A stretch of DNA of 64,000 bases from Psammoneis japonica (Eukaryota), in assembly GCA_008632985.1 (NCBI GenBank), contig QPGO01000074.1, positions 124,001 to 188,000 on the forward strand, written 5' to 3'. The first letter of the stretch is position 1. Every line of letters starts with the position of its first letter. A model generated the notes under the pieces. It was not told the origin of the DNA. It ran no database searches and saw only the letters and a list, made by a program, of their open reading frames with translations. Below are positions 1-13,330 of this stretch, piece after piece. The translations under genes and the position numbers were made by a program.

Positions 1-717
1 CCGTGCTCGAAAGCGGAATCAAACCCCATTGATCCTTGGAAAGTTTCAGTCATCTGTCTTGAATCGACGAGTGTTGTTTCCATTTCTGTCTGTTTCTGAC
101 ATCTTGTTCATCTTGGTCGCTGTCGCACTTGACGCGAAAGGATTTGCAATCGGTTTGTTTGTGGAAAGGCAACGCTGGCTCCACTTCAAAAACTAGTAAT
201 GGAACAACGGAATGGCGCGTCACTTTTGAGATACGCCGACTTTTATCCCGTCCTTCTAGCAATCGCCTTGGACCAGATTATTTGATGAGAGGAAGCATAC
301 TTTTGTTCTTTAGACGTTGAAAGCCAAAGTAATGAGCTATAGATACCCGTAGCTTTGCACCGCCACGTGGGCAGAGTGGCGATTGCGTGCCAAACTGGGC
401 ATTTCGATCGAACTGAGTGAGCGCACTGTTGAAGTCGTCAAGTCTTCCAATGAGCATTTCGCGATTGCTTCCACTTTGGAAGCTAAAGATACAACTTCAA
501 TAGGTTTGGTGTCAGCGCATAGTTTGCAGTTACCAAGTCCAAAACTTACCCTTGGAGAAGGTGGCCGTGATCCTCTCACTACCTTACGGTATGTTGAGAT
601 GTCAGTTTGTCCGTGACATTTCTTGAGTCGTGCATGGCACCATATGCGTGTCACGACTGAACAACGGCGGAAGAAAGATCACAGAAACGGAGGATTTCAC
701 AATATTACAAAAGCATC

Positions 718-2454
718 ATGGTCTTCAAGAAAGTTGTGAAACAGGCCAAACAAGGTCTAGTAGTATCGATCTCCTTTGTACTGCTCGCAATCGCACATCG
801 TCGCCTTCGTCCTGATTTGGATGAACAGACCCATCGTTGGCTATACGAGTCTGACGACAACGACAGCTGCTTGGAAAATGACTATTGCCGATTCGCATTG
901 GGACTCACCCTCCTTGTCATTACGCCGCTTATCATCTTCTGGAACGAGCACCAACACGTAAAGCTAGAAAATCTCTACATCACAGCGAAACGACATGTAC
1001 AAGACATTCAAAGCCCAAAGATCGCTCCACCCACAACGATGAACGGCAAATTGGTATGCTTCAGCGGAAGACTTCAGGGGGAGACTACGCTTTGCGATGA
1101 CTTGTTTCCTTGTATCAAGGTCGACAGCGCCCTTTTGCTGGTACGTGAAATTGAGATCTATCAGTTCGTTCAGAAGCGCCAAGGCGAAGACGGGTATACG
1201 CTCAAACAGGAGTGGTGCAGACTGCCTCAGCCGGACCCGTCCAAATTCCCCGACAAGAAGAATTTCAATGGCAACTGGGAACTGTTTGCAGACAATGACC
1301 GGTGGTCGACACCGGCCACAAGCTCAACGGCAAGCCCATTCAATTTGGAGATAATGTTGTTGTCTTTCGGGCTCCATCTCCAAGCGTCGGAGCCTTTGCG
1401 ATCCCTCGGGAGCTCATGAATGAAGCCTTTCTTGGCGAGCGCCACGTCCATCGACTGGCCGAGCTTGAATGGATCAAGAGCTCACAAGGAGAATGGTGCG
1501 AGGTGAAATTTTGCTTCAGCCTGAACCCGCAGAGTCTTGAGCTCGTCTCGGAAGGCATTTGTGATTGTCACAATGATGGTGAGTGGAATGGAGGTGGGGC
1601 GGCGCGTGTCTTTTCTCGTAATATCGCTTGTGGCACAAAAGCATCTCATATTATGAAGGAAGACACGGGCCGCCCCACTACGTTTTCGAGAACAAACACT
1701 GTACGTTGCTGCATCAGAAATCATGCTGACGCACGCCCTGATTTTCCCTTTCGTCTCTGTTACACATGTAGGTGAATTCATCTATGACGGTGACAAAGAT
1801 CGCATTGGAACAATTCGTTTCAAATGGCACTTTGTAACACCACAGGACCTGACGATTGCAGCGGAGGCCGTCATGCCTGGTCGCCCCTGCACCGCCGGCT
1901 ATGGCAGTAGTGGACGGAACGTCAGAGAGACCGGGGCACTGCGTAAAATGATTATGCAAGATTTATCGTTTGGCTTCCAAGAAAAAAGCCCACTGCTGTT
2001 GCCTCAGCAGAAGCAAGTGAACGAAAATCAATGGTCGTTGACTCCATTTTCTGTGAGGTCGGTGCAGTTGTTTCCGCCCTATCGTGAAAAATTCCTCGGT
2101 CGGCTATGGTTGTATGCACCTGGGCGTCACACTTCAAAGGAATTGTTCAAGATGGCCCACAGAGCCAGCGCTCGTTGCTTGTGGAAAGTACGCGGCATGT
2201 CGTACATTGCGCTGTTTGTCGGATGGTGCTTAGTCTTTGAACCTCTCTCGAACATCTTCCGCGTCTCGTTGCTTCGCTCACTACTTTCTTTGGCTTTTGC
2301 AAGCTTTGCTTTTGTACTGGCAGCAACCTGTTGCCTTTGCTGCACTGCCGTTGCGAGATTCACAACTCGTCCGATGCAATCCGTGCTACTCATTGGAACC
2401 GTCTGGGTCGTCGTCGTTGAACTCTCCGGCGAAATCGATGAATGGAATAGCTAA
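718..2454 (+). CDS. TMEM43/DUF1625-like membrane protein (multi-exon; exon borders approximate; 1-bp frameshift near 1300)
   Basis: TM helix followed by IIFWNE...NGKLVCFSGRL...L.DDLF...LVREIEIYQF, then RIGTIRFKW and a C-terminal multi-TM region (ORFs 718-1419, 1302-1775, 1723-2454). Candidate intron gtacgt (~1701) to tgtag (~1771). Confidence 0.7.
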
Positions 2455-2787
2455 CTTGGGGGCAGACAAGATGATACCTGGTGTGTTTAGCTTTGTGTTT
2501 TCGACCTGCCTTGCCGGTGGATACTTGCCCTCCTCAACATTATGGACTTCAAAGTCGCTCTCCCATTCCAGCAGATCCAGCATGCTTTTATTCATCACAT
2601 CCCGTTGTGCGTCGAGAGCTAAAGGTAACGGCTCAGCAGGGAAAGCTTCATGGGTTAACCAAGTCTAAAACCTTATCCTAGACGCAGTTCTTCCGTGACC
2701 TAAAGTAATTGCTTACCAGAGAGGAAAACTGACCGATAGACAATGAATTCGTTGCGGCCAAAAGAACGAAAAGGATGACATGGCAGC

Positions 2788-3551
2788 TCACAACGACTTA
2801 ATTTCAGAATTCTCCTCCGTGAAAGAATATTTCAATGTATCCGTATAGATGCTCAAGGATGGGAACAGAAAACCCGTACTGGCCTTCCAGGCTGAAAAGG
2901 TTGGGTAACGACTGAGCGACTTGTCCTTCTTGATCATATTGGGTACGAAAAGGACCAGCCAAGTCAAGACAAATGAGGCGAGGACAAAGTAGCTCATCGA
3001 ATATAAGCATATCCCAAGTATATCATCACTTCGCCAAAGTAGTTCGGATTGCGAGAATACTTGAAGAACATGTTCGTTGTTAGCTTTCGTTCTCCAGGCT
3101 GGTTAAGCATGAGAGTCTTTTGGAGGTCGGAACAGTAGTGGAAGAACAAGCCGTAGTTGTAGCAGAATGCTGCCGCACCAAGCAACAGTGGTTCATTGCC
3201 TTGTCCAAAAGTTTCGAGAGGACACTTGTCGGAGACAAGGCAAAACATGGGCAAGTAGTAAAAGTTCAAAGGGAATACGAAGAACATGGCAATTGCGACT
3301 GCGATGGGAGCTTCTTCTTTCCATTGTTTGTCGCCAAAGAAAGAATCTTTGAACAACCAAGCCCAGCTGTAAAAGCCGTGACTTGCAATCAACAGAGCTG
3401 CAGCTGGCGCATAAGGCTGCTCAGAGAAGTTCTTCAATCCATCGTAATAAGCCAGGGTTGCTATATAGATTGGAACGACGAGCAGCTTATGAAGGTTGAT
3501 AACGTAACGCGTCTTAACACCACTGGATTTATCATTGCTCTCCGTTCCCAT
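2788..3551 (-). CDS. DUF1295 / steroid 5-alpha-reductase-like membrane protein (frameshift near 3000)
   Basis: INLHK, DLQK, FKYSRNPNYFGEVMIY motifs. C-terminal KKDKSLSRYP continues in an adjacent frame (2788-2997). Confidence 0.75.
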
Positions 3552-3849
3552 GACTATCTCAAGCGAAGAAATCACTTCTCCGTAAATATTTCTATTTTTT
3601 TTTAGTAAGACTACGCCGTTGCAAGAGACGGGAGAAGTGAACTAGGGCCCTAACTTTCTCCATTGCTTGCTTGGGGTGACTTGGCAATGACGTGGTTCCG
3701 TGGTTTCCAGGGTTCGCGCCAAAATCGCGGTCGCGGATTGCTGGAGTGCTTCCGTTCCGACATCGATTTTTTTAGCTCGCTACATCTGCCATCGTCTGCT
3801 CTGTCAGAGGTGATGTCCACCTCCCAAGACAGGTGTTAAGGGTGAAGAG

Positions 3850-5830
3850 GTTGTTCTCTGGGTGTTCTTCGTGACACTCGGCTTCAGTCGTAATTCTTTT
3901 TTCATGTCATTTGTGACAAGAGAAGGTTGATTGTTCTTTGCCCTCTTGCAGGCTTTGTCCACCATGTTGGGACAAGGCAAATGGGCTCTGGCTGGCGGCT
4001 GGCAGCACAGCTCACTTGCATTGTCAGAGCTCTTTTTTGACACATTGTCCTTTTTTGTGACATGGACAGAGGCTGTTTGCCTGATTCATGATCCATGTGA
4101 CATGAAATTTCCAGTGAAGCTTGGGCTTCAGCGGCCTCGTCCAGTGTGTGCTCTTGCACGTGCCGTTGGCCCCCGCTCTGCGAATGTCAAAAACACTGTG
4201 TGGGCACATTTTGAGTGAGTGGCATGTCAATGAATGATGGACCTGGTGTCCAAGCCATGTGGTGGTTTTTGCACAAACTGACCAACCATCATTTTCTTCT
4301 GCTGAGCAGCTTTTTTCAATGCCTCTCGCCTGTGCATGGAGTGCACCACAGCATGTTTTGCTTGGCCAATGCTCTCCAGTGCACAAGGGAAATTGCAGGC
4401 ATGTTCTCTTGCATCTTTTGAAACCCCCCATTTTGACTGGGGCATTTGATTGTGCACTGCTTCTCACAGATGGCAGCCAGTTGTGCTGCTCCCTGAGACA
4501 GACCTGTCACCTGTCGTTGACTGCTTGCAGCATGATGAAAGCTTGCCTGTCCAAAGCACACTTGCTGTGCACTGTCAACAACAAAAGCTTCAATGTGCTG
4601 CTGTTGTGCAAAGGATTTTGGAGTTGTGAGATCTGATGCTGATGTTGCCAAGATGGGACAAAGCACCATGTGTTGACTCATGCAAGCGCAGAAGGAAATG
4701 CTGGTCTTTGCACTGTTTTGACAAAAAGGGCCCGGGCTTTGGTTTTTGGTGCTGGATTTGTGAAAGGCATCATCACTGACAAAACCTTTGGCAGCCGCAG
4801 AGGTCACTTTAGAGGCTCTTGCTCCCATCCAGCTCAAGCTTGTTGAAAAGGAGAGAGAAACACGTCACAAAAAGTTTGGCTTGCAGCTTTGCCACTTTCA
4901 ACCCTGACAACTGCAGCGCACATGACAGCACTTTCTTGAACTGCAGCTGCTGCAGAAGATTGGTGCCACAAGGTGTCACAGCAGTGCACACTGCAGGTTG
5001 TGAAGGTTGTTGCTCTGGTGGTGTTTGCAAGTCGGGAGGAGCACACCAAAGATTTCAGATGAGAACAGTCATGAGGTGCTGCCAGACAATGGATTGGACA
5101 CAAAATGCAGAAATCCCATTGCATGGTGTCTTTGAGCAGGTTGACAATGCTGGACATCAGGAGATCATTGGAAGAAGAATGACTTGGTGACTCCTGCATC
5201 CAAAGGGAAGATGCAAACCAGCAGTGGACCAAGAGCATCACAGCTGTCGTCACCATGTGAGTGGGGGAGATGAACGTTGGCATCTGCTGTCTCACAGCCA
5301 GAGGCAATGACAACTCCATGGACAGTCCTGTGTTCATGAATGATGACAATGTGGTCCTTCACACATGTGATCACACACATGACGTTGAGTCATTCGACTC
5401 CAAGAGATCTTCAGTTTTTCCTCTCAAGGTCGCCACTCTTGAGATTCGAACCTGCAAACTTGCATTGCAACCATGCAAAGCAGTTGAAATTGACCACTGA
5501 TCACAAGTTGCAAGAACTCAAAGATAAGAGTCATTGGACTTGTGGAAAGATGGCTCAATGATGGGGTGGTGGATCAAGCAGAAGAATCTCAAAAGCATCA
5601 AGTCTGATTGAGGCAGTGGAGCATGCAGCAGTGAATTGAATTGTTGACGAGTTGGCATTTGCTTGGTGAGTCCCTTAAGTGCTGCAGAAGCAAAATCAAG
5701 TGATGTTGTTGTCTCCAGCTTTGGACTCTTTTCCACGAGTGGACATTGATCTCCATCCCGAGAACCTGAATGGCCGACTTGGACAGAGAGACAGCCCTTC
5801 CGCGAACCGTGCAATTGCTTGGGCAGAGAA
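3850..5830. other. TpA- and CpG-depleted decayed repeat/pseudogene block (origin unidentified)
   Basis: Almost no TA over ~2 kb, excess TG/CA, and many overlapping Cys/His-rich ORFs. Flanking genes have normal composition. Confidence 0.7.
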
Positions 5831-6068
5831 AGCAGAAGTTAAGTGCCGGCAAACCTAAGTAATGATTATCTCTCCATTCGCATTCACACAGAAGACCCTT
5901 GCTGATGATGAGCACCAGAGACGTCTTTGAGTTATGATTTGATCGACGTCGCCTTTGACAGACGTAGACTCCATGTGAAATACTGCTTTCAAGTCATCTG
6001 GATGTAAGCATAACATAGACGAACAACCACATTAAATGTGTGAGTTGTTAATTCGTCTTTCAGTGTCT

Positions 6069-6893
6069 TCAAACATTATCTGTCTCCGCCTCCGCTTCAT
6101 CATGATCCCCGTCTGAATTATCATCCTCATTCTCGTCTTTTTTGTCGCCCAGATAATTTCTCCGGCATTCTGGGCATGATGGGTTGCTCATGAGCCACGG
6201 GACAATGCATTCTTTGTGGTATGCATGGACACAGTCCGTGTTGGGAGACCAACACACTTCGTCGCCCACCTCGTAATCTACTAAACAGATGTTGCATGTT
6301 GATGGTTGTTGTTGTTCCGAGGATGTTTGTGAAATGGAACGAATCGAGGTTGAAATGGATCGAACCATTGGGCTGCATACTCGTCGTTCTGTTCCGCCTT
6401 CGGAACGAAAGGATTGGTTCTGTGGTTCGTCATCACCGGACGCCGCGAGATCGGGGCAACTCGATTGAGCAACGATTGTTGGTTCTGAGAATTTAATGGA
6501 TCGATCCGAGGGTGGTATTCGTATGGCGGCAACAAGCGGAGAAATAGCATCATCTCGACTCGATATTTCACCCAGCACTTCCGAAAAGCGCGTTTTATTC
6601 TTTCCATTCGCCGCTTCTAGCACTCTTCTCGTGATGAGTTTGGCTTCAATGTATGCTCGCATTTCTTCGGGTGTGTCGAAACTAATATTATCAACTGTCG
6701 GTCCAGGAGATTCAATTCTTATCAACTCAACTCCACAACAACATCCCATCAAGCAACACAAGACCAAGAGTGGAAGAATCACTATAATGAGAATGGCATA
6801 GATGAGCAACTCCAGCAAGAAGCGGCAGCAGCAATTCAACTCTCGCTCCTCATCACCAAAAAGATCCGGATTATAAACGTTTCCTTCCTCCAT
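6069..6893 (-). CDS. RING-H2 (ATL-type) E3 ubiquitin ligase with N-terminal transmembrane helix
   Basis: CNICLVDY...C.HAYHKECIVPWL...CPECR, plus a hydrophobic N-terminal segment. Confidence 0.85.
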   Translation of the reverse strand: MEEGNVYNPDLFGDEERELNCCCRFLLELLIYAILIIVILPLLVLCCLMGCCCGVELIRIESPGPTVDNISFDTPEEMRAYIEAKLITRRVLEAANGKNKTRFSEVLGEISSRDDAISPLVAAIRIPPSDRSIKFSEPTIVAQSSCPDLAASGDDEPQNQSFRSEGGTERRVCSPMVRSISTSIRSISQTSSEQQQPSTCNICLVDYEVGDEVCWSPNTDCVHAYHKECIVPWLMSNPSCPECRRNYLGDKKDENEDDNSDGDHDEAEAETDNV

Positions 6894-7350
6894 AATTACA
6901 CAGATTTTGCATATCTTGATTCTATCTCACGTATTTTTCGAGCTGATGCTACATATAAAAAAGGTGTTGTCTCCTTTCGTTTCTTGGTGTTCACTTGACT
7001 CGCAACATTGAAAATGGGATTGGAAGTTTTTGACATGAGAACGGCGATGTCAGCGTGCTCTCATCGCGTCTTTTCGCTTCGCGTGTTTCGTCGCGATTTG
7101 AATATTCAAATTCAAAAATATATATACAACATAGAATACAAAAATTAATAGGAAATCTTTTGTAGAACTACGAAATACTCGCTCAAAGTAAATTCCTTCT
7201 ATCGACAGCACAAAGCACCAACTCCGAACTCTCAGCAAACGTGTCGCTGTTATTATTCGCAACAACACGAAGTGGAAGTGAAAAGAAGCCTGACGATAGC
7301 ATAACAAGCTTGTATTTCTGTGTTGACGACAAGAGTCTCTCTTAAAAACC

Positions 7351-8593
7351 ATGCCAAAAGCAGAACGAGGGTCCGCCAAGGACATTGCAAATCGCATGAA
7401 GGCCAAGGGCCTTCAGAAATTAAAGTTTTATTGCCAAATGTGTCAAAAGCAGTGCCGAGACGAGAACGGCTTCAAGTGTCACTTGACTTCGGAGAATCAT
7501 CTCCGTCAAATGAAACTATTTTCCGACAATCCCAACGGTGTGATTGACAATTTATCTCGAGAATTCGAAAAGGCCTACATGGAAACTCTGAGACGTCGGC
7601 ACGGAACGTCGCGGGTCAATGCCAACAATGTCTATCAAGAAGTCATTCAAGACAAGCATCATGTGCACATGAACGCAACAAAGTGGACGACTCTGTCGGA
7701 ATTTTGTCAGTATTTGGGTAAAACGAGTAAATGTGTAGTGGAAGAGACGGAACGGGGATGGTATGTCACGTATATTCAGCGGGACGCTTCGATTCTGGCG
7801 AGACAAGAAGCACAAAAACGACGAGCGGAAGCTGACAAGTTGGAAGAAGAGCGCTTTCAGAAAGCCATGGAAATTCAACGGATTGAAGCTGCCAAGTCCC
7901 TAGATCGTGCTGGTGGGACGGTTCATACTGTGGCGTCCAACCTGGACAGAGATGCAGCAAGGAAGTTTCTTTATCAATCGGCAAAACGAAAAAGAAAAAA
8001 GGCTCTAGTTCTGGCGCGACAACGTCAATTCTATTGGAAGAAGAAGATGACGAAGAGGAAGATAAGGAAAGTAACCAGGAGGAGACAAAAGTCGCGCCAT
8101 CGAACCACGAAAAGCTAGTCGATGGGGCAGTGCAAACGATACGAAGAGCAGCAAGGACGGAAAACGCCCGACTGATGCCAAGGACCATCCACCCAAAAAG
8201 AAATCCAAACGAAGCGACAATGACATGCGGCAAGAGAATTGGCTTTATCGTGACATTTTGGTACGCATCATTTCGAAAAAGCTTGCGGGTGGCAAATATT
8301 ACAAACGCAAGGGCGTTGTAGATCGCGTGATTGACAAATTTACGGCAGAAATAGAAGTGTTGGACTCGGGTCCCAACGAACGTGACGGTGGTGACATTGT
8401 ACGGTTAGACCAGGATGATTTGGAGACGGTGATTCCAAAAGAAGGCAAGGCTGTACGGATACTGAATGGACCGTATCGAGGGAAGCGAGCCAAGCTTGTA
8501 TCTGCAGACAAGAAGCGATACAAAGCGACGCTCAAAGTCGACGATCGAACTCTGGACGGTGTCGATTTTGAGGATTTTTCAAAGATTGCGTAG
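7351..8593 (+). CDS. KIN17: KIN17 DNA/RNA-binding protein (two apparent 1-bp frameshifts, ~7960 and ~8125)
   Basis: KAKGLQKLKFYCQMCQKQCRDENGFKCH zinc finger, HVHMNATKWTTL, and C-terminal SH3/KOW-like DQDDLETVIP...ILNGPYRG. Confidence 0.92.
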
Positions 8594-8735
8594 GCCTCAT
8601 CTGTTTGTTGTCCTGGTATTTTGCTCTATCAAAAGTAGTTCATATTATATGGTAGCTGTATATCTATGAATTTCCCTGATGCAGACAGCGCGAAATGTTG
8701 CTGTCTCTCATTGGCTCTTTGGATTTAAACTCTCT

Positions 8736-9348
8736 TCAAACAACCATGGAAGTGGGGATTTCTTCATATCGACGTCTCTGTCCACACTTTTGAATACCTT
8801 TATGTACACCCAGTGCAGCCGCAGCCACAACAAATCCAAGCATTACCCAACGTGGATTCTCCTCCAGAAAATCAAAATCAATAGAGTCCATGATTGTTGT
8901 CTCGTTGTTCGCCGTTGTGTTTTTGATGTGTGTGGTATTGGTCGTATTCAATTTTTCGTGCTTGAACGTGTCGTCTGTGCCGGTGTACTTTTCCTCGTCG
9001 TCGTCATAGTCATCTGCATATGCATCATCCGTTGCGGCCTCTTTTGTGTCGTCCTTTTTCTTGTGGCTTTCGTCGCTCGTCTTGTTGACAGTTCATTGCT
9101 CGTTGTATTGCTGGTAATGGTCAGCTTTTCCTCCTTCTTCTCATTTCGCCTACGCTGTCACTCGTTGCGTTTGCGGAGACGTTCTTGTCCTCGCTGGCTT
9201 TGGTGGCATTGCCCGCACCGAGTTCACGCAGAGTAGCGGCATCATTTTTTGGGCTAGCCACGGATGATGATTCGACCTGTTCACTGATAAGCGCAAGAAG
9301 CATTGCGCACGACACTACAAGGGCAGCCCAAAGTTTGGCGACCCTCAT
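8736..9348 (-). CDS. Secreted/single-pass membrane protein, acidic and Thr/Asn-rich (two apparent 1-bp frameshifts)
   Basis: Signal peptide MRVAKLWAALVVSCAMLLAL, several NxT sites, C-terminal TM and RRRYEEI tail. The frames join if single A's are added in A-runs near 9145 and 9092. Confidence 0.55.
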
Positions 9349-9708
9349 TGTCTTTTGCTTTATCTTTTCACCTTACAAGCCTCTTTGCTCCCTTTGTTGG
9401 TCCCAACAGGTTGTTGAACAGCTCGGAGGTCGGAGGGAGATTTCGTCGTCTACAGTATTTTCACCGCGATGACGTGGTACTGTTTCCACGTCGTATTCTG
9501 CTAGGTAGAAAACATACTGAGTTGAGTTCAATGACATGACGTCATTAATCCTTCCGTCCGTACATCCCCCGTCACGTTTCCCCAAGCCCGCCGGGAGAAA
9601 AAAGCCGAATAAACGTGATGAGAGGTGACGACGATGACGGCAAATGGCGGCTTCTGATGAATGCACAACACTCATCATTGTGTCAACTGTTATTAGATAG
9701 AGTCATCC

Positions 9709-11692
9709 ATGATTTCATCTGATTCGAATCTTTCACTCCCATACGATGAACGGGAAGACTGCTATAGAAAAAACAATCTCCCTGCGCAGCAGAATTCTCT
9801 CGGCGAAACACGGCGTCGATCTCGTGCTACCGTTCCGTCAGATAACGTGCCTATTCATCAGAATGGCGGAGGTCATTCACGATACACAAAAAAATCAGAT
9901 CAGCACTTGAATCATCATCATCGTGGTTTGCCTGTCGGTGGGAGCGTTTATTCTGCAAGACGACGAGTCGTTTCCAATGTGGAGGTTCACCGACACAAAC
10001 TGAAAAGGTTCTGTCGTCGAAAATTACGGAAACGTCATCTAAAACAGCATTGCTTGACACTGATGGGCGCAATTTTCTTGTTGGCGGTGTATTTGGTAAG
10101 TGACTTTTATATGGATGCGGTTAGTACCTGCGCAGCACCACAAAGCTCGTCCCTACTTGATGATGAACAACAACAACATCAACGACCCTTGGTGGAATAC
10201 TTTGTTCACGGGAGAGGAAACGGCCATTACCAAAGAAGCCGTGCGATCGTTGCAAAGTTAAACGAAGCGGGTGTGGACGTTCGTATGTTTCTAGACAGAG
10301 CTACGCTGTGGAGAGCGTACTATGAGGATGCTCCTGATCAACTGGTCGTCCACACTACGGCAGGCAACAACAACAACAACCAGCAATGGCACCACGACTG
10401 CTATTGCCGTCACTACCATTGCAGGCGATGTTGGATTTTTCGACTCATTATCACATACGATTGAACGAATCACTGGAGATTGCAAGGCTGCTTTTCAAAC
10501 GTCGAGATACCCAATGCTTGTCGTTTCGGATGGAGATTTGCCGGGCATGCTTCGAGCCAAATTAGGGGGGATCCCGTCCGTGGGTATCTCACACGGACAA
10601 GTGTTCAACATTGGTCAAGTACCTGAATGGCTTCCACGGCATTTATATAGAGCGTGGAAGAAGCAAAAGAGACTTAATGGATTTGCGTCGCTCTTTTCAA
10701 ACTGGCAAATTGCTACCAATTTCTTACACTTGGAATCGCGGCTCTCCAGTGGCATTGTGGCGCGTCCTCCGTTGCGACAGGAGGTTATCCTCATGGCTCA
10801 AGCACGTAATGACCCTCTTCACACGCCATCAATTATTACAGAAAGAAATCTGCTCGGTAGCTTGGGGAGCAAACTAGTACCAGCCCATAAAGGGAGGAGG
10901 TTGGTCTTGTGCTACTTTCGCGACGGCAACGGAGAGATTGTGCTGGAAGCGTTGCTTCGAGCTGGCTTTGATGTGTTGACCTTTGGGCATAACTATCAAC
11001 TGAACGATAATGCGAGAAGCAAGCCGTTTGGGGGAAAGTGGATTATTCACCACCACGATCATCCGGATAAAGCTGATTTACAATCCGCGCAACACGGACG
11101 GCGGCTTGTCCAGACACAAGACGAGGCCTTGCCTCCGCAATTGATTCAAGTATACAATCATTCTCTTTTTGTCCCGTTAATGTCGATTGTAGATGGTGTG
11201 GTATCATCGGCAGGGTCGCAGCTCATGTCGGAGTGTATCTACATGGATTTGCCCCTTCTCGCTTTCTACAAGGAATCCGACGATGAACAAAAGCTCAATG
11301 CAGAAATGTCACGGCACCGTGACCCGCAAAAAACACGTGTGTTTACGAGTTCATTTGAAAGCTTTCGTGCAGTCAGTGGTGAAAAAGGCAGCGTTGGTTT
11401 AAGGGGATTCTCAAATCAAACAAGTCTGGCTGAGGAGCAGCCTACCTCTGAGCCTTTATCTGTTGAATCTTTTGCCAACTTTGTCAACACGGTTCGAGCA
11501 AGCAAAGTAAGTCAATCATATTTTGAAGCAATTGCGCAAAACAAGACCGACTCTGTGCCCGACAATGACACCACGGTAGACCAGTCTCTTGCACAACAAT
11601 ATTACGAGAAGGTGTTCCCGGGAATGCCTGATGCTGCCGCGATCATCCTGGAAGTTATCAAACAAATTCAAGATCAAGAAGAAATACCATAG
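9709..11692 (+). CDS. GT-B fold glycosyltransferase (GT28/MJ1255-like), type II membrane (frameshift near 10370)
   Basis: YFVHGRGNGHYQRSRAI, VVSDGD, DGVVSSAGSQLMSE...EQKLNA motifs, preceded by one TM helix. Confidence 0.7.
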
Positions 11693-11749
11693 AATAAACT
11701 GCCTGTCATAATACATATGCTAAGAAATTGTTTTCATCTGTCACGCACT

Positions 11750-12585
11750 TCAAAAAAAGTCATCTTCGTACTCCTCGGCTGCTGTTGAATCAGCAGTTGC
11801 GCCCATTTCTAATGGTGTGTGAGAGAGAAGAGTGAAAAGGGTGTTAGTCGAGTTGGAAAATCATGCTATCTGAAGTCTTTCCTCTTTCATTTGCAAAAAG
11901 GCACATACCTGCATTGCTAGTCATGGCTTCGCTGTGAAAGATCCGATCATACGAGCGCTCCTCCTTTTCCTTTTTCGCCTTCATCTCTTCCAACTTCTTC
12001 TCCTTCGATTCTTTCCGTCGCTTTTCCTTTTGCTCTGCTTGAATTTCTTTGAGTCGATCCTGCTGTTGTTGAAACAAATCTGGATAACGTTCCACTTTGG
12101 TTTTGTTGAGTGCATTGACAATGGGATTGTTCTTTTCCACCTGCATCCTCCGTACGTTCTGCGGTCTATGAAACCCCACTTGTCCATCCACCATGTCGTT
12201 TGTTTTCTTTAGATTTTTCCACCTCGTGTAAACAACATAAACAGAACTCTTCTTACAGCCCTGAATTGAATTGGCCTTGACCAACGAAGCACAGTCAATG
12301 AGGGCATCTTGAGGAATGTCATCCAGAGTCATGTCGGGTTTGAGACGAAGGTATACATGAGCTGAGCTTAGATCATCTGATTGGACAAGATCGCTCGAGA
12401 GTTAGGTCACACATCGAAACAACAACAAAAAGCAAACTCCTTTTCAACGACCGTTTTCCCAGCTTACCAACGTGAAACCAACAGTCTTCGGGTAACCCGT
12501 ACTTGATCAGGTCTTCATTCTCATACTTGTCCTTTCCCATGTACATGATGAATTCCCCACATCGTGATTTGAAGTAGTAGACCAT
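11750..12585 (-). CDS. CCDC25: CCDC25 / NFACT-R domain protein; exons 12585-12468, 12376-11909, 11808-11750
   Basis: [16 protein letters not shown]...[16 protein letters not shown]...[15 protein letters not shown] introns restore the frame; ends EDDFF*. Confidence 0.9.
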
Positions 12586-13139
12586 CTCTCTTTTAACTTT
12601 TAGCAGGTGTGCTTCTACCTTCTCTCTCCTGTGTTATGTTGCTCTCGGTGCGGTGTGCGGTCCATGCATCGCATACCGCCCGGTACGTACGCATGCATTG
12701 TGAGAAGCATATCGTCTGTTGTCATCCGCGCTCGCAGCTCGCAGCTCGCAGAGTGCACACATCTTTGCGTGCTTCATCAACCACACCCCGTTTAGTGTGT
12801 AGTGCACAGTCACTCGCTTAGGCCCAACCGGTAAACAACCTCCTGTTTACCGAATCGTATTATTATCGAAGTCTCCCGACAGTGAGCTTCGCGGTTGTTG
12901 CTCGGAGTGTCGGAGATTTGTGCAGTTCACCAACAGCATCCACACGCATCGCAACACATCTGTTTGACGCAGACGAATGGCCCCTGTCAAGCCAGCAGTG
13001 CAGGACCCAATAAAATCCATTGAAACGACCTTCATCGACATTGATTTAATTCCTGTTTGGCAAAGCCATGTCAGCAAGCTTTTTATCTGTTCGTTGTTTC
13101 CAATCAACAAAAGGTTTTGTGGCTGGCAGCAACAATGCG

Positions 13140-13330
13140 CCCTCCACCACGAGGACGATTTTGACAAAAGTTTGCAAATGCTTTGAAGGATCTGGTTGGT
13201 TTGAAGGGAGCATTGTGGAAGTCATCAGGAAAAATCATGAAGATAAGAATGACAGCAGCGTCCTCTGCAAGATGATTGTCTGTGAAGATGACGACAGCGA
13301 AGAATTGTTTGATGCAGCGGACACGGAGAA
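13140..13330 (+). pseudogene. Decayed Tudor-like (PTM/DIR17-type) domain fragment
   Basis: KVCKCFEGSGWFEGSIVEV...LCKMIVCEDDDSEEL resembles V.K.F...G.F.G.V....Y.I.YEDGD.EEL with Tyr replaced by Cys. Confidence 0.45.

Noticed and set aside
1..654. Possible gene at the window start
   Set aside because: Only short ORFs with no recognisable motif; cannot be supported.
2386..2780. Possible small spliced minus-strand gene between the TMEM43-like and DUF1295 genes
   Set aside because: There is a protein-like stretch and a splice-like site, but no recognisable family, and it overlaps the neighbouring CDS.
3804..5915. Many overlapping Cys/His-rich ORFs as real genes (also at 13-16.6, 22-28, 34-35.5 and 62-64 kb)
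   Set aside because: They arise from loss of TAA/TAG stops and TG/CA enrichment in hypermutated DNA.
718..11692. Programmed frameshifting or RNA editing in the TMEM43-like, DUF1295, KIN17, 8.7-9.3 kb and glycosyltransferase genes
   Set aside because: The shifts look like single-base indels, several in short homopolymers or microsatellites, clustered across unrelated genes. Long-read assembly error is the simpler explanation.
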